Source: Octopus sinensis (taxonomy: Eukaryota). Taken from it: 64,000 bases of DNA. Positions 1-13,169 of the stretch are shown here, piece after piece. The notes below the pieces were generated by a model. That model was not told the DNA's origin. It saw only the letters and a program-made list of their open reading frames with translations, and did not search any database. Every line of letters starts with the position of its first letter. The stretch's first letter is position 1. The stretch spans positions 1,178,001 through 1,242,000 of the forward strand of contig NC_043012.1 in assembly GCF_006345805.1 (NCBI RefSeq), in the 5' to 3' direction. The position numbers were made by a program, and so were the translations under genes.

Positions 1-361
1 CCGAATGTGGCTGATGCCAGTGCCGCCTCGACTGGCTTCTGTGCCGGTGGCACATAAAAAGCACCATCCGAACGTGGCCGATGCCAGCGCCACCTTTGCT
101 GGCTTCCGTGCTGGTGGCACGTTAAAAGCACCAACCAATTGTGGCCGATGCCAGACTCCCCTGGCACCTGTGCCGGTGGCACATAAAAAGCACCCACTAC
201 ACTCACGGAGTGGTTGGCGTTAGGAAGGGCATCCAGCTGTAGAAACACTGCCAGATCAGACTGGAGCCTGGTGCAGCCCCTGGCTTCCCAGACCCCGGTC
301 AAACCGTCCAACCCATGCTAGCGTGGAAAACGGACGTTAAACGATGATGATGATGATGATG
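1..361 (+). mobile_element. 3' end of RTE-clade LINE (family C): 3'UTR minisatellite plus (GAT)n tail, cut by the window edge
   Basis: Repeated GTGCCGGTGGCAC-RTAAAAAGCACC units, then GGTTGGCGTTAGGAAGGGCATCCAGCTGTAGAAA...GGACGTTAAACGATGATGAT. The same terminus follows RTE ORF2 ends at 15898-16930 and 35954-36660. Confidence 0.75.
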
Positions 362-1335
362 AAGCACAAAACATTTAGAAAATACATCAAGCATTCAGCT
401 GTTCAATTTTCACATGCAAAGCATGTGACATGCTCATCTGTTCACATGCAAAACCATAAGTTCTTTATGTCTTTAGTATCACATGTATGAAACACATGTG
501 GCGAAAGGAGGCTGGTGTTATTAATAAAGTTTTAGTGCTGATGTACTTATGAAAGTTTGTTTCTTATTATATGTCTATCTTTAAAGGTATGGTATATACA
601 TTAGGTGGGGAATAAATTATTTTAGAAATCTGGCAGGGGAAGATTCCTCAAAACGCAATGCAATGCAACATGTGTAGTCACCAAAAAAAAAAAAAAGACA
701 AGACTTTAAGAAAAGAAACCGAAACTAGAGGATCGTATCAAGTACTGACTATACAATCAGTACAAAATATATCTGATCACATCAGACATCATCATTTCTA
801 CTGTAAGAAAATCAGAGTATGTACACATGGTAAGCACAAGACAAAAGTAAACCTCAGGATTTGAACTAAGAAATACAAGAAGATATGATTAAATATTACC
901 AGACATTTTGTCTGCGACTCTGATAAATTTGCAACAACAACAACAACAGCTGCAACTAAAAATTATAAGAAATAAAAATATAGTGTATAATGACAGATTT
1001 AAATGAAGTGAAATAAATACATTTAAAATATAAACATATCAAGGTAAATACATTTACAGTGCAAATAAATATACGAAAAAATTTGAAAAATATAACAAAT
1101 TTCAATTTATTTTCATTCTAAGCAATTTACTTCTGTTTTTATTCTTAAGGTCACATGTTTATATCAAACAGATAATTTAATATTTCTAAACCAAAATGAA
1201 AAAAGGACAAAAGAATTTTTAAAAACTATTAATAAATATAAAATATTTTAAAAAGAATAAAGTGTATTTAAGAAAATTTTAAAGTAATATTTAAAAATTA
1301 AAAAGCATTTAGAGAAACCCTGTACACACACTCGT

Positions 1336-1389
<54 letters not shown>

Positions 1390-2104
1390 GTATATACACA
1401 CAGATATGCATGGACACGCATACACATACACACACATAAATACTAGGATTCGTTTCTTTGTTTGTTATTAAATTTAAGTATTTCATATATAACAGGAAAT
1501 TCTATCAAGAAATTTTGCTATCTGAATGTTTTTCATTTAATATTTTAAAATAATGATAGAAATCAATATTTTAAATTATTTTTACTTTTAAAAAATGTCT
1601 TGGAAATATTTTAATACTGGATATTTTACGTTTCTTTTTTAGTTCTTACATCATCGTTTTTTTTTTAGAGTTGTTTTTCTAATTTGTTTTTGCTTGCTAT
1701 ATTTATGTGATGGTTCTATTTTAAATAGAAATGCACATTTATAGATTACATATATATTTTTTCCTTGGTACTGCAAAAATACACCTGATTGAAAATATGA
1801 CCGTGGAAAGAATATACTTCTTAAAATCTATATATCTAACTATCTCTACCTGTGTGTGTGTGCATGATAATGATGTATATATATATATATATATGTATTA
1901 TCATCATTTACCATCAGATTTCCATGTTAGCATGGGTTGAATGGTTTGACAGGAGGTAGTTAGGCAAAAGACTGCACCCTGCTTTGCTGTCTGTTTTGGT
2001 ATGGTTTTTATGGTTAGACGCCCTTCCTAACACCAATCAGTCTGCATCAGCAGAGATGACACATATATATTTTATATACATATACATATACATACATATA
2101 TATA

Positions 2105-2157
<53 letters not shown>

Positions 2158-2162
<5 letters not shown>

Positions 2163-2310
2163 AGAGTTTACGAAAAAAAACAAAAGACTAAGACAGGTGG
2201 TGTACAAAACCAACAGATGTATTAGTATAATGCTCAGGAATAGAAAAAGTCTTTTACGTTTCGAGCCTATGCTCTTCTACAGAAAGGGACACAGAAAAAA
2301 CAAGGAGACA
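2158..2310 (-). mobile_element. Penelope-like non-autonomous 3'-end element (family P1) next to (TA)n
   Basis: Homologous to 28668-28950 and 41740-41930. Abuts a long (TA)n tract and carries a hammerhead-like motif on the - strand. Confidence 0.55.
2255..2282 (-). ncRNA. Minimal type I hammerhead ribozyme-like motif (variant core)
   Basis: - strand reads CTTT-CTGTAGA-A-GAGC-ATAG-GCTC-GAAAC-GTA-AAAG: stem II GAGC/GCTC, GAAA box, GUA triplet, stem I CUUU/AAAG. First box deviates from CUGANGA. Confidence 0.45.
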
Positions 2311-2664
2311 CACACAAACACATATACATATACACTGTATTTCAAATTATTAATGATGTAACATTTGTTTATTATATCTAAAAATTACTTGTTGGAATTC
2401 AACGAAATTTCCACAGTTATATGGGTGTGGTGTGTAAAATATGTGAGGTTTTGTGCAAGTGTAAACAGACCACGACCATTTCCATCATTTCCATGAACTT
2501 TCAGTGTTCCAAATTATTAATGAATGATCTGATAATTGTGTAATTATGGGTCATAAATATGATTTAACTGCTTCTGAGAAATCTGTTATTACTTCTGAAC
2601 TTGCAATAGGTAAATCAACAATAGAAATATGGAAAATAATTGGAATATATCACCAATATATATA

Positions 2665-3080
2665 GGCGCAGGAGTTACTGTATGGTAAGTAGCTTGCTTA
2701 CCAACCACATGGTTCTGGGTTCAGTCCCACTGCATGGCACCTTGGGCAAGTGTCTTCTACTATAGCCTCAAGCAGACCAAAGCCTTGTGAATGGATTTGG
2801 GAGACGGAAACTGAAAGAAGCCTGTCGTATATATGTATATATATATATGTGTGTATGTGGGGGGGTGTTTGTATGTCTGTGTTTGTCCACCCCAACATCG
2901 CTTGACAACAGATGCTGGTGTGATTGCTTCTCCATAACTTAGCGGTTCAGCAAAAGAGACCAATAGAATAAGTACTAGGCTTGCAAAGAATAAGTCCTGG
3001 GGTTGATTTGCTCGACTAAAGGCGGTGCTCCAGCATGGCCGCAGTCAAATGACTGAAACAAGTAAAAAAAAAAAGAGTAA
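2665..3080 (+). mobile_element. tRNA-derived SINE family A
   Basis: A-box/B-box head (TGGTAAG...GGTTCAGTCCC), CORE-like CCTTGGGCAAGT, internal (TA)n(TG)n, tail ...GACTGAAACAAGTAAAAGAG. Confidence 0.85.
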
Positions 3081-3992
3081 ACTGTGAAAAAATCTGTTAC
3101 AGCTCCTGACAAGGTCAGTCGAGGGTTGTTTCTCAATGTTCTCTGTCACGAATTAAGTGTGAAGCTGCAAAGAAGCCAGGTCTTAGAAGTGGAGAATATT
3201 GCAAGTGCATTGGTGAAACAACTGTATCCAGAACAATCTTCTGAAAAAAAAAAAAAAAACGGCTGGTAAATCAGTGACATTAAAAGGCCTCCTTTAAGCA
3301 AAATACACACAAAAATCATCTGAAATGGACAGAAGATAACATGAAGATCGAATTTTCAAAAGTTTTGTTTATGGGCGAAGTTCATGCTACCCATGATGCA
3401 CCTGATGATTGGAGCAAGAGATGGATTCTAAATGGAGGTCATCATCAACACAAGACACCAACGAGAGGGAGGAGGCATTATGATTTGGGCAAGTATTATT
3501 GGAGGTATTATAGTTGGTCCTTGGAAAGGCTTACATAGCCTTTCTGAAGGAGCACCTTGAATCTTGGTTTAAAAAGACAAACGTAATATTCATGCAAAAT
3601 AATGCAACTTCGCAGTCAGCAGAGAAAACTACAGAATATCTGCAACAGTTAGGCTTCTGTGGACCTCAGTAACTGAAGTGGCCTGCCTGTTACCCTGATT
3701 TGAAACCAACAGAAAACTTATGGAGCATTTATAAAGTGATGAGTTTACGAGAATGGACACCAATTTAGGAGCAAAAATGAACAGTGGCAGGCAATAGTGG
3801 ATGTATCTCAAGTATAACATCAGAGGAGATCCAGAAGTTAGCATGTTCCATGGACTAAGGCCTTTTCCAACTTATTTCAAACAAATGCTCATATAGCCCC
3901 AACTAACCAACTCACCTATCATTGTTGAATGCTTTTATTTGTTTATTTTTATTTCTTCCATGTTTATGACTGTTTGTCTTCATTTCAATATT

Positions 3993-4399
3993 ACTCTTTT
4001 ACTCTGTTACTTGTTTCAGTCATTTGACTGCGGCTATGCTGGAGCACCGCCTTTAACCGAGCAAATCAACCCCGGGACTTATTCTTTGTAAGCCCAGTAC
4101 TTATTCTTCGGTCTCTTTTGCCGAACCGCTAAGTGACGGGGACGTAAACACACCAGCATCGGTTGTCAAGCGATGCTAGGGGGACAAACACAGACATACA
4201 AACACATACACACACACACACACATATATACATATATACGACAGGCTTCTTTCAGTTTCCATCTACCAAATCCACTCACAAGGCATTGGTCAGCCCGGGG
4301 CTATAGCAGAAGACACTTGCCCAAGATGCCATGCAGTGGGACTGAACCCGGAACCATGTGGTTGGTTAGCAAGCTACTTACCACACAGCCACTCCTGCA

Positions 4400-4401
<2 letters not shown>
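3993..4401 (-). mobile_element. SINE family A
   Basis: Full-length reverse-complement copy of 2665-3080. Confidence 0.85.
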
Positions 4402-4434
<33 letters not shown>

Positions 4435-4726
4435 TTATTACATGTGTATTTATGTTTTGGAATTACATTGTATATATGTGTACAATTAAATTATCTAAGA
4501 AAGTCATCAGAATCAAAGTCTCACTTGATTAATTACTTAGATATATTATATTAATCAATGAATTGTTAAATGAACAGTTAACCACAAAGAAATGAGTTCA
4601 TCAACCCCAGGATTTCACAAAAGAAATTTGCTTTCACTTTGTTCCTCTCCAACACCTTCATCAATATCATTATTAATGCTCAGAATTGTTTTTGCTTCAA
4701 AGTAATTGAGCAGAAGCTAATGCGAT

Positions 4727-4732
4727 TGATAA

Positions 4733-4811
<79 letters not shown>

Positions 4812-4830
4812 CATAGATAGATAGATAGAT
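4727..4830. repeat. (GATA)n microsatellite
   Basis: Long run of tandem GATA units. Confidence 0.95.
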
Positions 4831-5083
4831 ATATATAGAGAGAAACAGACAGACAAAGATAGCTAGAGTGGTAGTTAGATATATGCATTTATATATATGT
4901 TTGTTGATGTGCGTGTGTCTATATGTATGTGTGTGTATGTGTGTATACACACACACACACACGTATATTCATTACTAATGAAAACAAGCAATAGTATAGA
5001 AAAAATAAGAGAAAATATGTAAATATATATGGTGCTCCAGCATGGCCACAGTTAAATGAGTGAAACAAATAAAAGATAAAAGA

Positions 5084-5127
<44 letters not shown>

Positions 5128-5208
5128 TGTGTGTGTGTGTGTGTACGTGTGTGTGTGTGTGTGTGTGCACGTGTGCATGTATGCATAAAGGTGAAAAAAC
5201 CTTCAGTC

Positions 5209-5363
5209 ATAGGAGTGGCTGTGTGGTAAGTAGCTTGCTTACCAACCACATGGTTCTGGGTTCAGTCCCACTGTGTGGCACCTTGGGCAAGTGTCTTCTA
5301 CTATAGCCTCGGCCTTGTGAGTGGATTTGATAGATGGAAACTGAAAGAAGCCTGTCATATATT

Positions 5364-5404
<41 letters not shown>

Positions 5405-5655
5405 TATATATATAAATATATATATATGCATGTGTGTGTATATGTTTGTGTGTCTGTGTTTGTTACCCCAACATTGCTTGACAACTAATGCTGGTGTGTT
5501 TATGTCCCCATAACTTAGCAGTTCAGCGAAAGATATTGATAGAATAAATACTAGGCTTACAAAGAATAAGTCCTGCGGTCGATTTGCTCAACTAAAGTCG
5601 GTGCTCCAGCATGGCCGCAATCAAATGACTGAGACAAGTAAAAGAGTAAAGAGAG
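5209..5655 (+). mobile_element. SINE family A
   Basis: Near full-length match to family A with a small internal deletion. Confidence 0.85.
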
Positions 5656-5667
5656 CAAAATAGAGAG

Positions 5668-5952
5668 TGATGACTATGGGATTGTACCTAAAAAGTTACC
5701 CTTTGGAGCACAAGTCTGGGCAAGGTTGTTTATGGAAGGCCAGCAGTCACCCATGAATACGAATGTTGTGTAAAGGAAATGCAATGACCGATATAGCTTG
5801 GCACTAGTGATGTCACAACTCATTTCTACAGCTGAGTGAACTGGAGCAATGTGAAATAAAGTGTCTTGCTCAAGAACACAACACAGAGCCCGGTCTGGGA
5901 TTCAAACTTACTATCTCGTGTGTGTGAGCCAGAAGCTTTAATCACCAGGCCA
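5668..5952 (-). mobile_element. tRNA-derived SINE family E (degraded)
   Basis: Reverse complement of 19195-19528 (GTGTCTTGCTCAAGAACACAAC, CAGCTGAGTGAACTGGAGC). Confidence 0.7.
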
Positions 5953-5968
5953 TATATATATATATATA

Positions 5969-6248
5969 TAAGAAAATAGAGAGATAATTGATAATTATCC
6001 ATTAATTAAGAAATTAACAATTTTTTGTCATTTTTTTGGTCAATGTTTTAATTAATCAATAATAATTTATTAATTATCTCTCTATTTTCTTATTTTATCA
6101 AAATAAATAAATATATATACACCATGGTTTATATTGTTACCTTGCAGTTGAATATTAACTATAATATTCAATATTCTTTGTATAGGTAACTAACCAGCAC
6201 TTTCATAGAATTTTGCTAACCCTTAATGAGGTTTGTAACCTTTATTTG
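5969..6248 (+). repeat. Fold-back element with unpaired tail between (TA)n tracts
   Basis: Inverted arms TAAGAAAATAGAGAGATAATT (5969-5989) and AATTATCTCTCTATTTTCTTA (6072-6092), imperfectly extended inward, then a ~150 nt tail. Confidence 0.6.
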
Positions 6249-6258
6249 TGTGTGTATG

Positions 6259-6296
<38 letters not shown>

Positions 6297-6300
<4 letters not shown>

Positions 6301-7270
6301 GTCATCCCATAAGTTCTGTCCGATTTTACCGTTTTTTAAATTGAATGATATTTAATAGTATTTTAGAATGTGTAATGGAATTAAAAATTATTGTTATGCA
6401 TTTGTGTACATTTAAACTAATTAAATACTATTTTACAGAATAATAGAATTAAAATTTCTTTGATTAAAACCCTTTTTAACATGGAAGTATCCAAAGAGCA
6501 TTTGAGGCATATAATGCTTTAGAAGTACAAAAAGGAAACTCTGCAGCAAAAGCAATTTGAAACATACACTCAGTTGACATCCGCTCTTCCTCTCCCTTCT
6601 CACAAGCTCATTTCACCCTTTTTATATAGACTTGTGACTGGTGACGAAAAATGGATCTTCTGTCGAAATGTTAAATGTCATAAACAGTGGCATGGTAAAA
6701 GGGAAAAATCTCAACCACAACTGAGAAGGGACAAAGGTTCTTCTCTCTATCTGGTGGGATTGCAAAGGAGTAATTCACTTTGAATTGTTACCACCTAATG
6801 CAACAATCAAGGCTCAAGTCAGCAATTAGTGTTTGAACCAACCTTTGAAGAAAAAAGACCTGCTTTAATGAATCAAAAAGGAGTGATATTTCATAAGGAC
6901 AATGCACGACCCCACACTGCAAAGATTACATCACAGAAGATCAAAGAGCTTGATTGGGAAAAAATTCCTCATCCACCACATTCTCCCAGCCTTGCTCCTT
7001 CAGACTACCATTTGTTTTGTACTTTAAAGAATCATTTGGGTGACATAACTTTCGCAAGCCAGGAGGAGGTTGCAACTGACATTTCAGAATTCTTCGCTTT
7101 TAGACCAAAAGAGTTTTACATTGATGGGATTTAAAAGCTTATAAATAGATGGAAGGAAGTCATAGATAATCAGAGAAAGTACATTGATGGTTAAATTTTA
7201 ATTAAATATAACATTTTATCATTTGCTTTCTTTATTCAAAAATTGGACAGAACTTATGGGATGACCTTGA
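6297..7270 (+). mobile_element. Mariner (DD34D) transposon, internally deleted and frameshifted
   Basis: TIRs TCAGGTCATCCCATAAGTTCTGTCCGATTTT / AAAATTGGACAGAACTTATGGGATGACCTTGA in TA context. Remnants MEVSKEHLRHIML, LVTGDEKW and DNARPH...HPPHSPSLAPSDYHLF (D34D). Confidence 0.92.
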
Positions 7271-8362
7271 TATATACACTTAACCAGTTTCATAGTCATT
7301 GATTTTCAAAAGTACATTATGTGGAATATTTATGAGAAGCATGGAGCTGAGTCGCAAACTGTATCCTTTTTGGCAATTGTTCTAAAAATTATTTGTTTTT
7401 ATAGAAAGAAAGTGTCTCAGATCTTTATCAATTAATTTACAGATTGACTGGTTGAGGACGGTCAGATGATAAGATAAGGGGATTTTCATTCTGGTTTCTG
7501 TTATGTCAGTATTTTAAGTTCATGTGACAGCCATGCAGAAAGGTGTCATGAAAGGTTTCACCCAGTATGTCATATGATAGTCAGAATAATAGCTATGAAT
7601 TTAGTGCTGTTTTAGCATTTTGTTTGTGTGAGTAGCTATTATCTTACTTATCCAAGGCATAGTTACATTTTTGGTGTCGTGTATACAGTTTTAGTGAGCG
7701 AATCAGTCTTTCCAAGGAAAATGTGGTCAAAATAGTTGGAAAAGAAATGTTGCTTTTAAACTGTTTTGAGTGCATAACTGTTATGAATGACTGTAGTTAA
7801 AAATTGTAGAAAAATCTCAAGTCAATAAAAAGTAATTATTTAGTTCCTAAATTTTCCCAATGTCCATTTAAATATATTGTATTTACAGAGCAAAAGTAAA
7901 TAGAGAAGGAGATAGTGATGGAGAAAGAAAGAAGTGCAGGGGTGTGTAGGCATGTTCATGTGTATGGATGTGTTAAATTAAACGAAGTAATAAACAAACA
8001 AGCACACACAAATAAGGAAAGATAAAGAGGACTTGGTGAAAAATCCGTAAAAAGGAAATTTCCATTTGCTATGCCCAGCAATAAAGTGTAATTAATGAAC
8101 TTAAATAAGTATTAGGAATCACTTTCACCAGAAAAGACTTTATAGCAATCATAGTCAATGGTGAATCATATATTATTGATATTATTACAGCCTATTCAGC
8201 CATGGTTTGTCTGTCTTAATGATTAAAATTTCTTTATTTATTCATATTTGGTCTGTGATATTGTCTGCACATTGATAAAGTGAGAAGACTAAGAATTTGG
8301 AAGATTCGTTTGTTGTACATGTATCCAAATGCTTACTGAGTGAGATTTGTCTAGTCCTGGGA

Positions 8363-8550
8363 TTTTGTAACTCCGAAAATGGGGGATTTTTGTAAATTTT
8401 TTACAGTCGTGGAGTTTGGAGGGTTTGAGGTAGTAAATGCCTTCGATTGAGCTAAGCAAAAATTTAGCATTTTTCTAGTAATAAAATATAGCAAGGTTAT
8501 AGGTTTCAGGCATTTCAATTTTTACAATTTTTTATTTTCACTCCACCCTA
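8363..8550. mobile_element. Terminal fragment of a TIR DNA element, same family as 8592-9398
   Basis: Diverged reverse complement of 8592-8780, ending ...TTTTCACTCCACCCCTA. Confidence 0.55.
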
Positions 8551-8591
8551 GATTACACAATCTATATACCCACACACACATACATGTGTGT

Positions 8592-9398
8592 TAGGGTGGA
8601 GTGAAAATTAAAAAATTGTAGAAATTGTAAGTACCTGAAGCCTAAAATCTTGCTATATATTATTACTAGGAAAATGCAAAATTTTTGCTTAGATCAGTCA
8701 AGAGCATTGTTCCCTCACACTCTGCAAACTCCGCTATTGTAAAAAATTTACAAAAATACCCCATTTTCAGAGTTTATGAGACTGGAGGGAGTAAATACTC
8801 TTAATTGATCTCCGTAAGAATTTAGAAATTTTCATCATCATCATCATCATCATTTAACATCCGCTTTCCATACTAGCATGGGTTGGATGATTTGACGGAG
8901 GACTGGTGAACCAGATGGCTGCACCAGGCTCCAATCTGATCTAGCAGAGTTTCTACAGCTGGATGCCCTTCCTAATGCCAACCACTCCGAGAGTGTAGAG
9001 GGTACTTTTTCGTGCCACCAGCACGAGGACCAGTGAAGTGGTACTGGCAATGGCCACACTCAAATGGTGCTTTGTACATACCACCTGCACAGGATCCAGT
9101 CCAGCGGCACTGGCAACGACCTCACTCAAATGTTTTTTCATGTACTACCGGCACAAGTGCCAGAAAGGTGACGCTGGTAATGATCACGCTCGAATGGTGT
9201 TTTGACGTGCCACTGGCACGGAAGCCAGTTTGCTACTCTGGCAACGATCACACTCGGATGGTGTTCTTAGTGCTCCACTATCATGGATGCCAGTTATCGA
9301 ATTTGATTTCGATTTTTCTAGTAATTAAATATAGCAACATTTTAGTTGTCAGGCATTTCCAGTTTCTACAATTTTTTTTTTATTTTCACTCCACCCTA
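8592..9398. mobile_element. Non-autonomous TIR element (TA|GGGTGGAGTGAAAA...TTTTCACTCCACCC|TA) interrupted by an RTE 3' end
   Basis: About 80 bp imperfect TIRs with TA at both ends. A family C insertion occupies ~8833-9310. Confidence 0.6.
8833..9310 (-). mobile_element. RTE LINE 3' end (family C) with minisatellite
   Basis: (CAT)n plus reverse complement of the family C terminus and about six degenerate repeat units. Confidence 0.8.
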
Positions 9399-9511
9399 AT
9401 ATACACCCATAACCCATTTTTCAACTTCAATCTGATTGTTGTTTACTTCAGACATCTTGGAAATAAAATGTCATAGCAAGATATAATTTCTATATAAAAT
9501 CTGTAGATGTA

Positions 9512-9674
9512 GGCGTAGGAGTGGCTGTTTGGTAAGTAGCTTGCTTACCAACCACATGGTTCTGGGTTCAGTCCCACTGAATGGCACCTTGGGCAAGTGT
9601 CTTCTACCATAGCCTCAGGCCGACCAAAGCCTTGTGAGTGGATTTGATAGATGGAAACTGAAAGAAGCCCGTCG

Positions 9675-9706
<32 letters not shown>

Positions 9707-9990
9707 TATGACGGGCTTCTGTCAGTTTCCATCTACCAAATCCACTCACATATATATGTGTGTGTATATGTTTGTGTGTCTGTGTTTGTCCCCCCAACAT
9801 CACTTGACAACCGATGCTGGTGTGTTTACGTCCCCGTAACTTAGCGGTTCAGCAAAAGAGACCAAAAGATTAAGTACTAGGCTTGCAAAGAATAAGTCCT
9901 GGGGTCGATTTGCCCAACTAAAGGCAGTGCTCCAGCATGGCCACAGTCAAATGCCTGAAACAAGTAAAAGAGTAAAAAGAGTTAAAGAGA
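9512..9990 (+). mobile_element. SINE family A with an internal inverted duplication
   Basis: Family A sequence. 9710-9750 is the reverse complement of 9633-9673 across the internal (TA)n. Confidence 0.85.
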
Positions 9991-10570
9991 TAATTATAAC
10001 ATGTGAAATTCAATTCATCAAGATTGTATGTCCACAACATGAAGCAATTATCTAAATTTCGTTTCCAATTTTCCACTTTATATATTTGGAAGTCGACATT
10101 GTACTTTTTTTGATTTTTACATACAGATGGACTGCTAGATATGCCATGACTAAGTTGGTATATGCTAGAGGCAACTTCCCCCTATTTTACAACATGTGTA
10201 TTCTCAACCAATGAATTTGTATATTAACTGAAATTGATCAGATTTACATTCTTTCTACGGAAGCAAACGATTTTTAGGACAATGATATGAAAGGATATAG
10301 TCTATGACACGGTTCTATATTCCTCATAACGTACTTAGGAAATTCAACAAATGTGTGACCCGTTAAGTGTATACATACATAAAACTGGCACTCTGTACCT
10401 TATGACAGCCATGGTTCCAACTGATCTGATCAATGGAACGGCCTGCTCATGAAATTAACATTCCACTGAGAATAAAAATCACGACCTTACAATCATGAGC
10501 TGAATACCTTAACCACATGAATATGTATATATGCATTGATATTTATACTTCTATGCATGTATATATACAT

Positions 10571-10980
10571 GGCGCAGGAGTGGCTGTATGGTAAGTAGCT
10601 TGCTAACCAACCACATGGTTCCGGGTTCAGTCCCACTGCGTGGCATCTTGGGCAAGTGTCTTCTGCTATAGCCCCGGGCCGACCAATGCCTTGTGAGTGG
10701 ATTTGGTAGACAGAAACTGAAAGAAGCTTGTCGTATATATGTATATATATATATGTATGTGTGTGTGTTTGTGTGTCTGTGTTTGTTCCCTAGCATTGCT
10801 TGACAACCGATGCCGGTGTGTTTACATCCCCGTCACTTAGCAATTCGGCAAAAAGAGACCAATAGAATAAGTACTGGGCTTACAAAAAGAATAAGTCTCG
10901 GGGTTGAGTTGCTCGACTAAAGGCGGTGCTCCAGCTTGGCCGCAGTCAAATGACTGAAACAAGTAAAAGCGTAAAAGAGT
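10571..10980 (+). mobile_element. SINE family A
   Basis: Full-length family A match. Confidence 0.88.
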
Positions 10981-10992
10981 ATATATATATAT

Positions 10993-11060
<68 letters not shown>

Positions 11061-11152
11061 CTGTGTGAATGTGTGTGTGTGTGTGTGTATTCACAAGAGC
11101 ATATTTAAATTTTCATGAACTGCAACACGGATTTCACTCTACTGCTGATTAA

Positions 11153-11373
11153 CCCTTTCGTTACTGTATTTATTTTGAGATGCTCTGTGTTTCTTTCAAT
11201 TATTTTAAATATAACAAAGAATTTAGTAAAATAACTTAGTTATCAGTAAGCTAGTGTTAGGAACATTAATTGTGACTAAGGTTTGGTGAAAGATTTTAAT
11301 TCAAAACCTATGAAAACAAGATATTTGTACTACAGAGCAAGAGCCGGTTTCAGCCGGGTTGGTAACAAAAGGG
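11153..11373. mobile_element. piggyBac-type MITE
   Basis: TTAA|CCCTTTCGTTAC ... GTAACAAAAGGG|TTAA: TTAA TSDs at 11149-11152 and 11374-11377, 11/12 TIR match, CCC/GGG termini. Confidence 0.88.
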
Positions 11374-12569
11374 TTAAAACAGAAGTAGGAAAGCAGTGAG
11401 ACAATAGAAATGCAAAAATATTCACAGACACTAACATATGACAAGTCAACGAGATTACACTAGTTACCAAAATATCTTTCAAAACTACAGTATGCATTGA
11501 TTTGTTTAGTTACCATAGGCAGAATACTCTGATATACTCAACCATTTACCCGGAAAAACCACAATTTATGTCATTGTAATGTTGTAAGACAAATGTAACT
11601 GCTGAAGGCAGCTATTGTAAAAAAAGCTTTAGTTTTGATGTATTTATAAATGTTTTTCATAATGTGACCATATTCTATGATATGGTAAATTCATTATGTG
11701 AGTAGTAAACTATTTTTGCCTGTTGGTACTTGGTAATTCCTCTGAAACAGTGATGCAAGTGTTTGCAAAAATTCCATTGTTCATAATTGTTCTAAGCTGC
11801 AAAATGCTGTAAGGTGATGTCATACTTCTCTGCAAGACTAAAGTAATGTCTTGTAGAGCCATTAATAAATTTGGATATTATGTTCAATATAAGACTAATC
11901 GATTTATAATAGGTTTTGCACTTATACTCTAAGTGTCTGATATGTCTATGTAGATAATTGATAAGTATTCTCTCTGAGTGTTTAATCATACTTATGTTGT
12001 TTGAATAGGTATTAAAAGAATTTTCATTCAGCTCCGCATAGCCCTTTGTGTCACTGTTACCTACAAAGGAGACCTTACATCAATAAGTTTATGTTTTAGG
12101 ACAATACATACCTAGAATAACAGAGCTAAGGGTTGCTGAAACTACGTAGATGTACAGTTCATTATTACAGTGCTTATTAAAATTCTGTGGTATTAAAATT
12201 AGAATACATTACTTATAGAACATCACAATTATTAACAACAAATATAACTAACGAATATAAACTTTAACTGCTTGTTCCAGCCTTCTTACATTTCCCCAAA
12301 CCTAATCAATTCTGTATTGACCATAGATATAATATAAAATTAATTGAAATAGCATCAATATTTGCTATAGGTGCACCAACTTCTCTGCTTCAATAAGCAG
12401 TACAAACAGAAGAAATTTTTAAATAATTACAGAGATATCAAATAATGTTAAAATGAACCTACAAAGACGCTTTTATATTTCGCAAAATTTTGAGTCTTTA
12501 TCAAATTGTATTTTTCAAATTTCCTTCTGTTTCATTAATCTGCAATGAGTTTTCTCGTGTGTTTGTGTA

Positions 12570-12985
12570 CTCTCCTTTTTACTTGTTTCAGTCATTTGAC
12601 TGTGGCCATGCTGGAGCACTGCCTTTAGTCAAGCACATCAACCCCAGGACTTATTCTTTGTAAGCCTAGTACTTATTCTATCAGTCTCTTTTGCCGAACC
12701 ACTAAATTACAAGGACGTAAACACACCAGCATCGGTTGTCAAGCAATGTTTTTTTTTTTTTTTGCGGGGGGGGGGGGAGACAAACACAGACACACAAACA
12801 TATATGCACATGTACATATATATATTATATATATATAAACATATATACAACAGGCTTCTTTCAGTTTCTGTCTACCAAATCCACTCACAAGGCTTTGGTC
12901 GGCCCGAGGCTATAGTAGAAGACACTTTCCCAAGGTGCAATGTAGTGGGACTGAACCTGGAACCTTGTGGTTGGTAAGCAAGCTC
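12570..12985 (-). mobile_element. SINE family A (head truncated)
   Basis: Reverse-complement family A match. Confidence 0.82.
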
Positions 12986-13169
12986 ACATTTTAGAAAGTA
13001 CATTGTCCAAAGGGAGTTTTATATCTCTTATTTCATCACTTAAGTAGATGATACCCACTGTTGCTGCTGCAAAAGCCCATCGCCATCTACATCAGATTCC
13101 AAATTTTTCTTATACATTGCCTCCTCAGAGTCATATAACAACTATTTAAGTATTGCAAATTACTAAAGT

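Larger units (their letters stand above)
2333..4470 (+). mobile_element. Degenerate Tc1-like transposon with DD37E spacing (TRT-like), interrupted by two SINE A insertions
   Basis: Left TIR TA|CACTGTATTTCAAATTATT, right TIR ...TTGGAATTACATTG|TA. ATG at 2546 gives MGHKYDLTASEKSVITSELAIGKSTIEIWKIIGIYH, resuming TVKK after the SINE. Also FSKVLFMGE..DAPDDW and IFMQ(N)N-x..-WPACYPDLKPTENLW, with 37 residues between the D2 position and E. Confidence 0.75.

Noticed and set aside
4173-4554. Recurring ORF peptides such as GYSRRHLPK and GLNPEPCGW suggesting a gene family
   Set aside because: They are antisense translations of SINE A copies, with inconsistent frames and stops.
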